From positions 1,849,904-1,913,903 of the forward strand of contig CAJINV010000001.1 of the NCBI GenBank assembly GCA_905178155.1: a stretch of 64,000 nucleotides of DNA, in the 5' to 3' direction. Origin of the DNA: Amoebophrya sp. A120. Lineage: Eukaryota; Protista; Dinoflagellata. Under the pieces are notes generated by a model. It saw only the letters and a list, made by a program, of their open reading frames with translations. It did not search any database and had not been told where the DNA came from. Of the stretch, positions 34,090 to 48,300 are shown in pieces (positions within the stretch are counted from its first letter, which is position 1; every line of letters starts with the position of its first letter). A program made the position numbers and the translations under genes.

Positions 34090-36690
34090 TTACGGCGGGC
34101 TGCCCGCAATGACCGGCAACACGTCCTCGTCGGTTTTTGAACCCGTCCTGCTGCGCACGAGGAAGGCCTGCGCGGTGCTGCGCTCCCGCAGTTCCGAAAA
34201 CTGCCGCACTACCAATCCCTTGTCCGCCGCCTGCAGTTGCTCGACCACTTCCGCGATCTTGTCTTGCTGCGCGCGGTTCCGCGCGACGAAGTAGGCGGGC
34301 ACGAGGACGATGGACAGCACCGTGATGCCCACACAGAGCACATCCCGCACGACCAGCGGGGCGTCCGCAGAGCTCGCCGCGAAAAACAGGCCCAGCGCCA
34401 CGGCGCCGGAATGCGTGACCTGGATACTGGCAAAGGCTTCGGAAACGAACGGTGTCCCGCTGAAGACCTCGAGGAACATGGCCCGGTTGGCGGTCTCGAA
34501 GGTGGCCCGCGCGATGCCCTGCGCAATGTAGACGATATGGAAGCGTCAGGCTTGAAATCGACAAAGTTGAAATGATTTGCCATGCATAAAATGGATACGA
34601 GTTGGAAGACCAATTTCCAAGCGGCGCATGACAAATTTCCGGAGCACCGGAATCCAATTTGTCATGCTGTTTGGGCACAGACGACTGCTTTTGTCATGCT
34701 CCTTTAGCAGCTCTATCCCAAACCCTAAATAGGCCCACAATCTGCCTCGCTTGCCATCCCGGCAAGACAGGCACTTCATGCCTTGCATTTTATGCATGAC
34801 AAATCATTTCAATTTTGACGATTTCAATCCTGACAGATGCATAGACGATCAAAGCGGTGTAGTTGCTTTGCATCGGAGGTTATCCTGTGCAAAAGTATCG
34901 CACTCGAATAAATGCAAGTCCTGCATTACAAATTTTCTTCCCAAGGTAAATCCGCATGACAAATTTTCTTTCTCATGCTGAGGGAATTTGTAATGCATTT
35001 ATACGAGTACGATACTTTTGCAGTGCATAGAGGCGCGGGCTCCGGGGGCGGGGTTTTGGTCACGCCGAGCCACAGGCACAGCGGTATCACGCCCATGGCC
35101 AGGCTGGCGGCGAGGGCGGGCAGGTAGTTTTTTCCCGGCGGCGTGCAACGAACAATCAGCGTGAAACACCCGGCCGCGAGGACGGGGACCGACGCAAACA
35201 TGGCAACATACTGGTCCTCGTTGTTGAAACCTCATTTAGGTCGTTTTGTTGAGGTTTTTTCTTATATCTGCATCATGCGAAGGGGAGGGCACCGCCAAAA
35301 GCCAAAGCTATATCTACATCGTAAAACAAGAATTTTTGGAGTTGGCGCCATGGATGCCAAAAAAACGATAAACATTTATAGTACCTCGTTTGACAATATG
35401 CCGGTTCATGTAGCTCAGAACCAGCACGACGGTCCCACCAAACGTGATGTTCATGATGGACACCAGCATGACGTAGGGTGCGTCGTAAAACAGCCGCGTG
35501 ACCGAGCCAAGTGCCGCGAACATGCTCAATGCCCCGTAAGGAGCACCGTCGTCTTTTTTTGTAGCAACGACAACCCCCGCCTCTGGCGGGTCGGTGACGA
35601 GGAGCAGCAGCAACAGAGACGCAGAGGCTGTCAGGGTACCAAAAACCGCGAAGACGTCGGTTTTCTTGTCCTCCCCCAGAAGCGACAGCACGCCCCCCGC
35701 GCCGATTTTGATCAAGAATTCGAACCCGAGAAACAGCGCGCCGAAGAGCACGCCGAGTTGCAAGCCGGCCTCGTCTAACTTCTCCAGTCGGCGTTCCTGT
35801 TTAGTCATCTTCACATCCTTATCCTTCGTGCGCTCGCGGGACAGCGTCGGATCCTCCGGAAGCGAATCATTCGGGGAGGAGTTTGTCCCCGGGCTATTTG
35901 CAGCTGGCCGATTCGGAGAGGACGCAAGCAGTGGGACCGCTTCATCTTGCTGTAGAGGTGGAACTTCTTCTGACGTGCTCTCACTACTGGCACTGTGACA
36001 TCGGGAGATCGCTTCGCACGTGTTTGCGTAGAACACCCCCTTGCCGGCCCAAAAAGGCCCGAGCCCGAGCCCCGCGACGCACGCAGCCACGGTGAAAAAC
36101 GTGTCATTGGTGACAAAGCTGCCAGCACCACTCGGGGCGGCTCCCGCTTCCCAGAAAGACGAGCTGCCACCGCCACCTTCGCCGGCATTGGAAGCTGTTG
36201 TTCCCTTCGAATCTTCTTTCTTGAAATCATGATTGTGCGCCGCGAACCAGAGCAGCATGAGGTAGACCGCCTGCAGGGCGCCGCCGATGACCATGGCCTT
36301 CAGTGGGCCGACGCTCTCGACCGCCGGGACGCCGAGCACGAGCGCGGAGAGAGCAGCGGAAAGGTAAAAAACGCCGTTGCTGCCACTGCCGACCCGGTCG
36401 CCGACCAGGGAAGTCAGAATCGAGGTCGAGCAAGCGGTGCCACCGAAAATTAAACCGAACAGCAAGCTCATCCAGAAATACTGGCTCCGCAACCGGGTTT
36501 CGTCTTCCTCGGTATATTTGATTTTCGCTATTTTCGGATCATCAGGTGCAGGAGGTCCCGCTGGGCTATTTCTGTCGTCGACGACCACTGGGACATTGGC
36601 ATTGGTGTGGTCTTCGCTGATCGCCACATTCCGTGACCGCCGCTTGGCAAGGCCAGGAGAGGATCCCGGTGGGGAATCTGCTTCCTCCAT
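34090..36690 (-). CDS. UNC-93-like major facilitator superfamily transporter
   Basis: Many TM helices; GSGSNGVFY, VGPLKAMVIG, GLGLGPFWAGKGVFY; introner removal gives ALIV-YIAQGIARATFETANRAMF. Confidence 0.8.
34536..34843. mobile_element. Introner family C (opposite orientation to 22323)
   Basis: Perfect DR gacga; TIR with gtcagg(c/a)ttgaaatcg. Confidence 0.9.
34881..35029. mobile_element. Introner family A
   Basis: tgcaaaagtatcg TIR; DR gaggt/gaggc; frame restored (PAPP-MQSNY). Confidence 0.9.
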
Positions 36691-37005
36691 TTTTCTGTGA
36701 GTGTGAGAACTTCCTTGATACATACAAAACTCACAGTCTTTCTTCACATGTACTTTCACAACTTCAAATTGAGATTGGTCTAGGCACTACAACTTCTAGT
36801 TGGATTTTTCTAACAGTGTGACGAGAAGACGTTTTTGTTGCGAGACAGGAGTCTCGACCACAAGCACGTGTCAACGAGTCTCTACATCAAATCTCTCTCC
36901 CTACAAATCTCTCTTCGCTTCCCTTCTACACTTACGCGCTGCCAGTGCCAACTCTCTTCATCTCTTGTGGTGCGACAACATCCTCACGGTATATGACTCA
37001 ATCGT

Positions 37006-37092
37006 GGGATACATGAGAAACACGCTGGGATACATGAGAAACACGGTGATATGACGCAGCTGATACAACTCGGGAACTACATGAGAAACACG
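37006..37092 (+). repeat. Short intergenic repeat tacatgagaaacacg x3
   Basis: Two 21-bp tandem copies plus a third copy ~50 bp further on. Confidence 0.8.
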
Positions 37093-37234
37093 AAAACAAT
37101 CCATATCGAACGAAAATCGTAAAAGAGCGAGTGCTGTTCTGACCTCATTCATTGGGCGAGGTCGTGGCGAGGTTCGTTTTCTGATCGTTGTTGTTATTCC
37201 AAAGACGCACTGTCAACATTGCCCGCTGTCTTCT

Positions 37235-38380
37235 CTACTTGTTTAACTTCGCCCCGTCTCCACCTTCTCGTGCCGTGAGCCACTCCCGTATCACGTCCTG
37301 AATCGGTATCAACGCGTCCTCGGGTTCACAGAAAATTCCGTGCAACGCCTTTAGACACATGTGCGTCTTCTTTTCCCGCACGTTCACCAGCAAATTTGGC
37401 AAAAGCCCCCGTGCTGCCTCTGCATCCACAACCGTTTCGTTCTCCGCGATGAGGTTCAGCACGGGGAGGCGGAGCAGTTTTGCGTTTTTCTCGACATATT
37501 GCGTCAAAAGGAAACAGCTCTCCGCGCTCGCCAGGCGTATGCGGCCGTTATACTGCAAAACATCCTCCACCGCCTCCTTCCGCCTCTCCGGGTCCCGGTA
37601 CTGCTGGGCTGGGTCGCTGGCGCTGCTCGACAACAGCGCTAGGGAGGGCGCGAACCAAGCGAGCACGCGCAGGAGTTTGATCACCGGCGCCGCGGGCGGG
37701 TTCCGGATCTGCACGAGAGGCGCAACGAGTAGGAGCGACGCCAGCTCAACTGCAGAGCCTATGGCAGTTCTATCCTGTTCTTTATTTTCTTCTTTCATTT
37801 CGGCAAACGAGATTGCAACCGCGAGCGCCAGTGCCCCGCCTAGACTGGAGCCCGCCAGATGGATTTTCGCGTTTGGGTGCCAGCTCCGGACTCGTTGCAC
37901 AGCCTGGACCAAGGTGTGCACGCAACCGGGGAACTGCATGAAGCCCCGCAGCCCTTTCGCGTCGCCGTGACCGGGCAGGTCGAGGCTGTAGAAACAATAA
38001 TCGTCTTCAACGCTAGAAGTGTTGGCGGCACTTGTGCTTTGTGTACTTTCCCCGGACGTTTTCACTGCAGCTCTGGTCGCTTCAACGAAGTATTTGACAG
38101 TAGCATAACGGCCGTGAGCGTGAAGACCGTGGAAGACAAGCATCACGTGTTTGATAGCAGTATCGTATGGTGATGATTTTTGCTGTGTGGCAACAGTGCT
38201 GTCTCCCGGCGGAACTTCCTCTACTTCCACGACCTGTGGCGGCGGACGCGGCGCACTAGCAGAGGTCCAGCGATAGTAGACAAGGGATCCGGTAGGGGAG
38301 TCGGTTGCATCTTCGAACACCTTTTCCGCAGCGACCGCTACGGAGGAGGAGGAGGACGTAGAGGTGGATACCCGTGCCAT
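37235..38380 (-). CDS. Alpha/beta-hydrolase, monoacylglycerol lipase/lysophospholipase-like (Hydrolase_4)
   Basis: FHGLHAH, LDLPGHG, GSSLGG nucleophile elbow, LLLVAP, C-terminal HGIFCE; single 381-aa ORF. Confidence 0.9.
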   Translation of the reverse strand: MARVSTSTSSSSSVAVAAEKVFEDATDSPTGSLVYYRWTSASAPRPPPQVVEVEEVPPGDSTVATQQKSSPYDTAIKHVMLVFHGLHAHGRYATVKYFVEATRAAVKTSGESTQSTSAANTSSVEDDYCFYSLDLPGHGDAKGLRGFMQFPGCVHTLVQAVQRVRSWHPNAKIHLAGSSLGGALALAVAISFAEMKEENKEQDRTAIGSAVELASLLLVAPLVQIRNPPAAPVIKLLRVLAWFAPSLALLSSSASDPAQQYRDPERRKEAVEDVLQYNGRIRLASAESCFLLTQYVEKNAKLLRLPVLNLIAENETVVDAEAARGLLPNLLVNVREKKTHMCLKALHGIFCEPEDALIPIQDVIREWLTAREGGDGAKLNK

Positions 38381-39313
38381 GATTTGTGATGATGTTCTTG
38401 ATGCTTCAGCTGTTCCAAGAAAGTAGCGCTATATTCTGAGCCGCTAGCACGAGCACAAACAGGTTACTTGCGTAAACACTGTAACAATTTGCGTTTGTAA
38501 ACCTAAAGCCTCCTACTTCTAGTTCTAAGTCAAAGACAGACTCTCAAATAAGAAGTAGGTGCGTATATTAGTATTACTCAGGGGGGGGGGACTGTTAGTC
38601 ATTCTTGTTTACCTTCGTTCGGATAGTGTAATAATACCGCCCTGGCCTACTTTCAGTGTGACCCTGCCGACCTTCACTGTCATTGTCCAGCTCCAGAGTC
38701 GGATCCTCGATTTTGACCGTTACTACATGGGAGATTAGAATCAACATCAGGTGGCATCGGCACACATGATAATTGCAGCAGCTGCAATATCCGCAAGGAA
38801 AGTTGCATCGGCATGCAGCGATTCTTCATGCACGCGTTTTTGGATGGTTCCTTTCTACCTTTCAATTTCTTGAAAAAAAACTTGAAACGCAATCCATTGA
38901 TTTCAATGACGTGACCGCTCCGCAGTCGTGTCGTTGCTGTAGAATAAACAACTACTTTCATCGCGGCCACAATGCTGGCTGCAATCACTAGGTTTACCAT
39001 AGAAACAAGGAAACAAGAAGACAAAAGCAAAATACTATTTCAAAGCAAGCCTGTGCAGAGACTTCAAGAACAGTAGTTGAACTGTTTCTCCGCATGATCA
39101 AACTGACTTAAGAACTAGCTGTCGTACACAGAATCAGAAACAATAAGAATAAATATACTCGAAACAGAAAAAAAAAGCTCCAATGATAATAATCGTCGTA
39201 AAAAATGCTCGTCCGTATCCGGACATGTAAGACTAAGAACTTGCAATTTACCATTCTGTATGTAGGTACTCGATCCATGATGTGACTCGTTCCAAGAAGT
39301 CAAGATCAAATGC

Positions 39314-42300
39314 CTAAAACAAGCCCGTTCTCCGAAAAAGCTTCTTGGGTTTGTCGATCTCGTCACTCTCCAGCATGCGCAACGCCCGCTCCAAACGCGT
39401 TTTTTTCTTCGCCGCGCGTTCCTCCGATTCGCTCGGCGTAGTGTAAGCTGCGGCTGCACCTTGCTTTTTTGTCCCATTTTGATTTTTCCCCAGAGCAGCG
39501 TCGACCCTACTTACTGACTTGTTTTTCACCCCGCTCGTCGAACTATTTCCCCTTCTCGCAGACGACATTTTTCCCCCGGACGAAAATATCATCCCCCGAT
39601 CCGGCGGTGAGAAGTTGTTGTTTTTGTTTCCGCTTACTCTACTCGACGTGGTACCCCCGCCGCTGTTCCGCGGCCGCCTGGGGTCAACGTTTTCAACATC
39701 GGACGTCTGGGTCCCGCCCGCCCTACTCGCTGCCGCAGCTCTTGCCATTGGGTTCAGGGAGGAGGGTCCCCTGGAGCAGAAGTCATCAGAATCATCTTCA
39801 TCCACATCGGGCGTTTTCAACAGTTTTGATTTTCCGCCATTCTTTCCCCCGGTGTGGAACTTCAGCACTTCGTCCATCTGTTGCGTCCGCCAGGCAGAGA
39901 GTTGCGCTTTCAACTGATCGAGTTCCTCGCGGAGCTCGGTCGCATTCAACGACGTCTGCTCCACTTGCGAACGAAATTGCTCATCATCTTGTTCGGAGGG
40001 TTTTACCACCACTTTCGCCTGCTGCATTTTTTTTGTCCCCGATGAGGGGCTGAGCGGTTTCTGGTAAAGGTCCTGCAGGACGTTGCCGGGCGTTCGCTCT
40101 TCATACGAGTTGTTTGCTCGCGTAGAAGAAGCTGCACTTCCACCGGCGAGAGTTTTGTCTTGTTCCGCCACCGTGCCTTCATCTTCGAGACTCTGCAGGA
40201 TGTCGAAGTTGTCAAATGCTGCAGCAAAGGGGTTTTTCGTTTTCGTGGCTGCTTTCTCCGTTGAAGAAGCAGAAGAGGACGAGTGGTCTCCGGATGCCTT
40301 TCTCGGAGGGGCTCTTCTATCGCGCGATGTTCTTGATGTTTGTTCGTCACCAACGCGCGCTGTCCTGCTCGGCGACGAGGCCTGTCGCTCGCTATTCATC
40401 AGTGTCGTCCTTAGCAGCTCCAGGGCCTCCTCTGATTTATCGCAGTGCGCGATCGCGGCCCGAATCGACCGCGGGCTCGAGGACGACACGACGCGATCGC
40501 GAAGTAGCTGCGGCGACCGGCTTCGAGTCGTTGAGGAAAAGGACTGCGCTTGCTTCGCTAAATCCTCGAAGGACGGCAAGAATACTTCGGTGTTTTCACC
40601 ATTTTCATCTTCGTCGTCCAGCGCGGAAAAAGAAGTTCGTCTGTGCTTCTTGGACTGCGACTTCGTTTTCGTCTCGCCATCGACGCGGAGAGGTGAAAAT
40701 TTCGTAGTACTCTGCTGATCGTCTAGGTCGATTGCAGAAGCGGAACCAGCGAACAGGGTCCCCTGTTCCATTTGCAGGATTAAGTCGTCGATGGTCATGT
40801 CCTTCTCGATGCGCCTCTGCACCTCCGGACTTGCCTTCGATTCGTCCGACGGCGGCGAATCGGGCGGCTGCATGCCGCGGGCCTCGAACAACATCCCCTG
40901 CACGCGGGCCAGCCTGCTTTGCAGCGAAAGCAGCTCCGACCGCGGACTCAGCAGTGGCATCCACAGAAAAAAACCCATCCACATCCATTTTTTGCATAAC
41001 AAACACAGGACTTTATGTATGTTTTGCATGACAAATTGGATGTGGATGGGTGTTTTTTCCTGGATAAGTGGCGAGGATCTTCTACTCCGGGAAGTAGGGG
41101 ACGAGTGATTCTTGTTCGGGTTTGTTTCCGGCGTGGTTCCAGCCTTGTTCGTCCTCGCAGTTTGTGTTTGACTCGGTGAAGATTTAGAAGAAGTTGCCCC
41201 TGGTGCTGCAGTTGCCCTCTGCCTCTGCCTCTCCGTATCCTCCTCCTCTTTTCTTTTCGCGATCTCTACTTCAGCCAGTTCCTCTTGGACGATGCGAGAG
41301 ACTTCCTTCTGCAGAAAGTCCTGCAGGTTTTTGCTGGAAAACAAGTCTTCGTTCAGTTTTTTCCGCAGCTTGTCCACCTCGGTAGACATGGACCGTTTCG
41401 CAGTCTCTTCCGCTTCACTTGCCGTCTCCTTCCGCGTCTTCAACACCTCACGCGCGACCAGCTGCTTAATTTCGTCCTTTTTCACGATTTCTGGCACGAT
41501 TTTGGGTATCAGCTGCTCTTTCGTCTTCGCCAGAACGGATCTTTCGAGGTTCGACTCCATCGACTTCAAGTCGTGCTTCATTGCAAACTGCTTTTCGCAC
41601 TTCTTCATCATCTGCTCCTCGCTGCTCTTCACGGACTTCGTCATTCTGTCCTCGTAATTAGAAGTGATTTTTTGCATCAATTTGACCTCCAACACGCCGT
41701 CGTCCCTGTGATCGCTTGAAGTTGTACTATCCTTTACCGCCTTGTTGACCTGTACCAACGCGGAGTCCATTTTCTCGCTTAAATTCGTGATCCGGTCGTG
41801 GAGCAAGTTGGATTCCTTTTTCCAAACGACATTTTCCTCTTCCGTCGCCTGTATTCTTGCACTCGTCGAGGTCTCAATCGTATCTACCCGCTCCCGGAGC
41901 GTTTGCAACGCTCGTTCGACCTGCTTCTGCTCCGCGCTCCACTTCTCGGCGAATTGATGGGTCTGTTCTTCGTTGCCGCGTTTATTTTTCTGCATAATTT
42001 CGGAAGAAAAGTGCTGCTTGTGCTCTTCGAGTCGTTTCGCCACCTTGTCGTCGATCTCTTTTTCCAAGTGGGGCAGATTCTGCTCCACGATGACCGGACC
42101 GAGTTGGTTCGCCAGGATTTTTCGCCTTGATTCTGCTCTCTCCTCTCGTGAAGGAGACACCTCCGACGGGTCTGCACCCTTGGAAACGGATTTGCCAGCG
42201 GCTTTTGGTCCGACCAGGGAGCTAAATTTCATCACAGCGTCACCGTCTTCGGGGGACACTGCGGCGTTGCTGGCATGGCGTTCGTGGGACCCTGTAGTTT

Positions 42301-45300
42301 GAAGTGGCAAGACGGTTGATTCGAAAACGTACCTACGGCTATGAGTACAAACGTCAAGCCACAGCTCCGCCAAATTTAAAAAAAATGTAGCAAGAAAAAG
42401 CAACATGAGCATCATGTTTCTCAAAACAAATTTATTTGTTACCATCTTCGTCCGCACTAGAGGAGGACTTTTGTTCGGTCAGGGTTTTGACTTCCGTTTG
42501 AACCTGCGCGACTTCGTCCTTCTGCTGGACAATCCTATTCCCCAGATCGTTCTCGACAAACTGGATTCGCGCTAACAGATCCGCCTCCAGCGAGTTTAAC
42601 CGGGACTGCGTCAACTCGTCAACGAAAGCCAGCACGCGCCGCTCCTTCTTGGCCGCCACCGCATTGGCGATGGCCAGGGCGTCCGCTCTTTGTTGCGAAG
42701 ATTCCTCCTTCAGGGAGGCGATACCGGGAGCCGTGTCGTCGCTGCTGGTTGTACTAGCGGCGGTGGTGGAGCGTTTCTGTTGCATTCGCAATTTTTTGAG
42801 GCTTAGAGCAGGGTCAGCAGGCACCAGAGCGGAAAGGACTACATGACTCAACACACAAAACCAGGACGCCTACGATCAAGCAGCTCTACAAAAAAATTCT
42901 ACTGAAGCAACAGCAACCGATACAGAAGTGCTGCCGCAAGCGTGTTTTAGGTATAGATAGTCTCAGAAGATTATCTGTTTCCATTTTCTTTCTGAAGACG
43001 AGCAAATAAACCCTTGTTACCTTAGCCAGACCAGCGCCGTCCGCATCCTCTAAACCGGAACAAGACAATGGCAGCAGTTCTTCTTCGTTTTCAGCGTTTT
43101 CAAGTGCTGCCTTGATCCCATTCAGCTCCGCATGGTACGCTTCGACTTTTTTCACCAACTCAAGGTTTGACTTTTCGAACTCTGCCAGCTTTTTTGCAGT
43201 TGCATCACTGAGAGCAGGAGTGTCGTCTCTACTTCTCTCCGAAGCTCCTGAGCTCGTTCCGGGCGGACCTGTAATCGAAATCGTGGAAGAGGTGTTATAG
43301 GATTTAGCGTGACCACGGTAAGCATGCCCGTGGTGGACTCGTATGGACGGTTTTTGAGTGCCACTTGCAAAAAAGTGCGTTGGATTTATTTCTGGGTACT
43401 TAGGTACATGTCCATTAATCGATCAACAACAAAAAATTAAAGTTCCTATCATACCGCTCCCCTTCGCCACGGACCCGATCGCGTCTTGCCGCACCTTGGA
43501 CAAATCCTGTTGCGCTTGTGCCACCCGGTCTACTTTATCCTTCAAATCTCGCTCTTGAACGCGGACGAGATCCAGCCGTTGCGTCAGCTCGTCCAGTATG
43601 AACTGCAAAAGTATCGCACTGGTAGTAATTGCGATACAAATTAGCTCAGCATGACAAATGGAATTTGTCATGCTGTTTTGCATTGGGATGAAGATTTGTA
43701 ATGCATGATTGCGATTACTACGAGTACGATACTTTTGCACAGGATATCCAGTCGCCTGGTGACGCGCTGCATCGCGTTTGTCCCCACGAGTTCCGTTATC
43801 CAAGAAAAAAACGTTGTTAGTGTAAATTTGTGATGCGCAACATGCAAGATGATTGCGTCTGTCATGCTTGGCATGTATTGTAGGGCCCATTAAAGGGCGT
43901 TTTCATGTACTATCTGCGCATGACAGGTTTTTGCTGTCATGTTGCCAGACAGATTTGTAATGCTGTTCCTCCAAAAAAGTTAACCCTACAATGTTTTTTT
44001 CCTGGATATCCGTGCTGGGAGAAGTAGTAGACATTGGCACTGCGGCGCTGGACGGGCTCGCCCGCGGCGGAAATGACGGAGCTTGGACATCATGACGCTG
44101 CTGGCGATTTTCATCGCGTTGTGTCGTTACAGGGGACGCGCGCGGACGCCGGGAGGACTTTTTTGGAGATGTACATGGAAAACTTTTCAAGAGTAACTTC
44201 ATGGCTCACAGGTCTGCCACGTCGTAGCAAAAAGCATATCTCTCTACTAGTATTTCTGAAGTAGACATGATGCAATTTGCAACAAGAGCGTCGCGTGTAG
44301 CCGTAGCTACAAATGTGAAAGTAAAAAAACTGGATCGATGTCGTGCCACGGTCTGGTCTCTGGATACTTAACGATAAGGATAACGCGAGGAAAAAAAAAT
44401 GAAAAAAAACACGTCGCACCTCCTCTTCGCTTCCTGGTTGCAGTTCTTTGCTCTCTACTTTCTTGAACAGCAAAGAAGTTGCTTCTTGGTCTCCACCGCT
44501 ATCTTCATTCCCCGGACTGCGTGCGAACGGACTTGTCCGACCGAAAGTAAGGGCGCTCTCGTAGGAATTTTGCCGGCTTCTCGTATTGGTCGGCTGGTTT
44601 TCACCCTCCGGCCGCGGTAGACCACGGCGCTTGCTGCCCGAGGATGTTTCCTCAGTGCCCGCACTGCCGCCCGGAGAAGCCGCTACTTCCGCGTCGGCGG
44701 GCGATGACGAAGTGCTGCTCTTGTTTCCGGGTTTGTTTTTTTCTGGCGGTGGTGCGGTGGGGAGATCATTGTCAGCCGGGCTCGATTTATTGGAACCACC
44801 AAGATGCTGCCGGACGGAGCTCCCTGCGCGCCAGGTAGTTGCCTCTGCACTTTTCGGATGGCTTGTTGTCGGAGAGGACCGCGGCCGCTTTGCAGAGTTG
44901 TAAACCGAGCTTCTCTTGCTTCCGCGCTCGTGCGGAAGCAAAAGCTGCTGCTGCATGTATGGCTGTGAGGGTGACGGCTGCGGTGTGCCTCTGCTAGAAG
45001 CACTCGGACCTCCTCCGCCACTTACTGCCGTGGCCCTTGCAGCCTTTGCCCCACCTGCTCCAAGTAGCTGGCCACTCGTTTGGAGACTCTCTACTGGACT
45101 GCTCGAAGGAGGGCGCATCGTTCGCTGCCGCGAGTACTGCTCTTCCAGCGACTGTATCGACGGTATCAAATGTAAAAGTGTCTGGGTCTGGAAGAATGCT
45201 GCAACTTGTCATGAGTGAATGAATGAGTGACGCCCCCTGACGCACCTCGTCGATCCGATCGCTTCACTAGTTCTTCCTCTTTCCTGGACTGCCACGAATG

Positions 45301-48300
45301 CAAAACGCAGCCAGCTTGTCACGCATACATATTAACCAGCAAGCGATTTCCCGGTCCGACGGCCCCTCTTACTCCGGTTTTCGACGACACACGCTGTGTC
45401 GGCTGTGGGTTGTCATGCTAAATCTGAAGCATGCAGAAATCTGTGTTGCATGATTACCAAAAGTCGCCCAGTTTTGACAAAGTCGGGAGGCAGTTTCTCA
45501 TGAAGGATAGGCATGAGAAAGATCGCACAGAATCTGTCATGCTCGTTCCGGCATTCCAGACCTCATGGTCATGGCCATGGGTCATGGAAAAGCTGCATGA
45601 CAAATCGCGCATTCTTCCAGACCGAGACATTTTTACATTTGATAGACGGCGCAAAGTCGCGAAACCTGCTCTGCCCCGGACCACCATCCGGCGACGCAAC
45701 CGCAGAATGCATGTTCACGAATCCCCGCCGCACCGTGATGTTATTGGTTACACTTTGCGGCGGTTGTACTCCAAAACCTCCACGGCTGGGTCTGGAAGAG
45801 CTTGACCCCCACCCGTTCAAATCTGCCGCCTGTGGGGAAATTAGTGGGGGCGGCGGCGGGGGAACGGGCGGAACAATCGGGAACGGCCAGGCGGGGAGTC
45901 GTTTGATCAAATGTTCGAAGTTCGTCTTCGTGCTCGAAGAACTGGAACTTGATCCCGAGGAGGAACTGCGAGGTTTGTTCATCTCTGCATGTTTGCTTCC
46001 TGCGACTGGCGCCCCCGGGGGAGCGGGGAATTGCGCAGCGGTCGCCGGTGGTGGTGAAGGAGTACTGCGCGCAGGCTTTGTATCCTTGCCGTCGATGATC
46101 CGCCCGGCTTGAATGTAAAACCGGTCGGCGTTGAAGAGCTTTTCCTTCTCGCTGGCGTTTTTGCTTGTTGAAAACAACAAACCATCCGAAGGTCTGTTCA
46201 GGTCATTCTCGTCCGACAATGTTGGAGCGGGTGGACAACTGCTACGGCTTGAGCCTCGTCTCGGCGAGGCTGGGGGTTTCTCTTCTAGTGCTCCACCGGC
46301 TTTCGTTCCATCTGGAATGTCGAACAACCTCGGCGTCGACAAGTTCTCCAGCGTGTTGTGTTCTCCTTCTTTGATAGGGTCATGATCTGCAGGTGAAGGA
46401 CCGGCACAGGTTTCGTCTGCTGGTGCCATCATCTCTACCTTGCTCTTTGAAGCTGTACTTGGCTCTTTCGTTTCCGTTCGTAGCAAAGGCACCTTGTAGA
46501 AAGAGGAACTCGATGAAGAGGAGGATGACCCGGCAGCGGTCTCTGGCAAAGGTGGTCGACTCTCTTCCATATCATCAGGTGAAGATGATGTTTTTGTTTG
46601 GGCGGTTTCGTTTTTGTCAACGTGCAGCCGAGCACTTGCAATTTGTTCTTCACTTACTTCGCGCAGCTGCAACCCCGTCTGGTGGTCCGCATGCTGAGCT
46701 ACCGGCGGCGCGGCTACCACGACACTCGGCGCAACCGATGTTGTTTTTGACGACGTGGAAGAAGCAGCTTTCGAGGATCCCCGGTCCAGCTCCTGCAAGC
46801 GCTTCTGAAAATTCGGCGGCATCTTCTCCGGGCTGGACCTGGCCGACAAACCTTTTAAATATTCCCGGGCCGACCGTAGCACAACGCGCGTGTTGCTCCG
46901 TTTTGCTGTGGTGCCATCAGGATTCGTCTCCTGAGTAGGATTCTTACTGTTCTCACTTGCTGCCGCTGCCCCACGCGCCGAGATTGCGGCCGGAAGTTGT
47001 TCCTTCCGACTGGTGCTTTGTCCCCGGCCTCGGGAGCCACTAGCTTGATTGTGGCTGCTCGTGCCTCGTTTTCTCGCGGATGCTGGACGGGGACCGCCTG
47101 CTCCCGCGACCGTTTGGCGCTTGTTGTTTTCGACAAAATCTTTCGATGGGGACTTCGACGGAACCCTTGTTCCGGGGGGCCCTCGACTACCTGGTCTAGA
47201 AGAAGACGAAGAAGTTACCTTGCTCCCAGACGAAACAGTGCTCTTGTTCACAACTGTCGTCTGACCTCCTCTTCTTGCCGCACCAGAAGGTGCGCCGTAG
47301 ATGTTTTCGAGCTCCTTCGCACGCAGCTTCGCTGCCATCGTTGTAGTTCCGGAATTTGTAGTTTCCGCAGCTACTCCTGCAGTAGAGGAAGAGGACAGTG
47401 AGTTGTGCTGATGTCATCTATCACTATGAACTATCACTATCACAAAAGCCCACTTTTTGGCAAAAGTTGATTTTTTTTTGATTTTTTTTGCGGCGCATTG
47501 GGGCTCGATCCTTGTGCCTCGTATATTGTTGTTGCGATTAATGAATGATGTAGTTAGCTAGCTAGTGGTCGCTTGTGATGATTGTCATAGCTAACAGGAG
47601 AGCCGAAGGGAAGGCCGGGCCGGGCCCTCGCTCCGCAGGCGAGCTTCCGAACCCACCCTTGGTGGTGCCCGGCCTTCGCGGGTCGGCCCCTTCCGGCCCG
47701 GGGCTGGAGGCGGGCGGCCAAAAGGTGCGCGGCCATCGTCACTCTCCCACCGTGTTTGAAAAACACTATCGCGCCACTTTTTGGACCTGATCCCCAGCTT
47801 TCAGACCTGGGCTGATTTGATGCTCCGGCGGTGGCGGGTGAGCTGCCTTCCGTTCCGGGGCTGGAGGCGGGCAAAAAGTGAGGCGCAATCGCCCGTCTCA
47901 GGTCGTGTTTAAAAAAAACTATCACACCATTTTTCGGACCTGGCCGCCGAGAGCCAGTCCTCCGCGGATTTTTTTGGTTTTCAACACTGCGCGCGCAAAT
48001 TTTTTCAAGAGTTTTATAAAACCCGGAAAATCGACCATTTTGGCTGTGATAGTTTTTTTTCTGGCGATGGTCCTATGTGGGCCGTGCCGTCGTGTTTGAA
48101 AAAAACTATCACACTCACTTCCGGCACTCAAAAAAACCAACTTCACACCTTTTTGCGCTTTTTCTATAACAAATCGGCCAAAAGTGTGGTGTGATAGTTT
48201 TTTTCAGCACGAGCGAATGCTGCGAAAACAATGAAAAGCAGCTTTTTGCAAAAATGCTAATTGCGATGCTATGGCCCAGGTCAAAAAGGAACCCAAAATC

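Noticed and set aside
38581-38590. G10 run as an element end
   Set aside because: No matching C run or DR nearby
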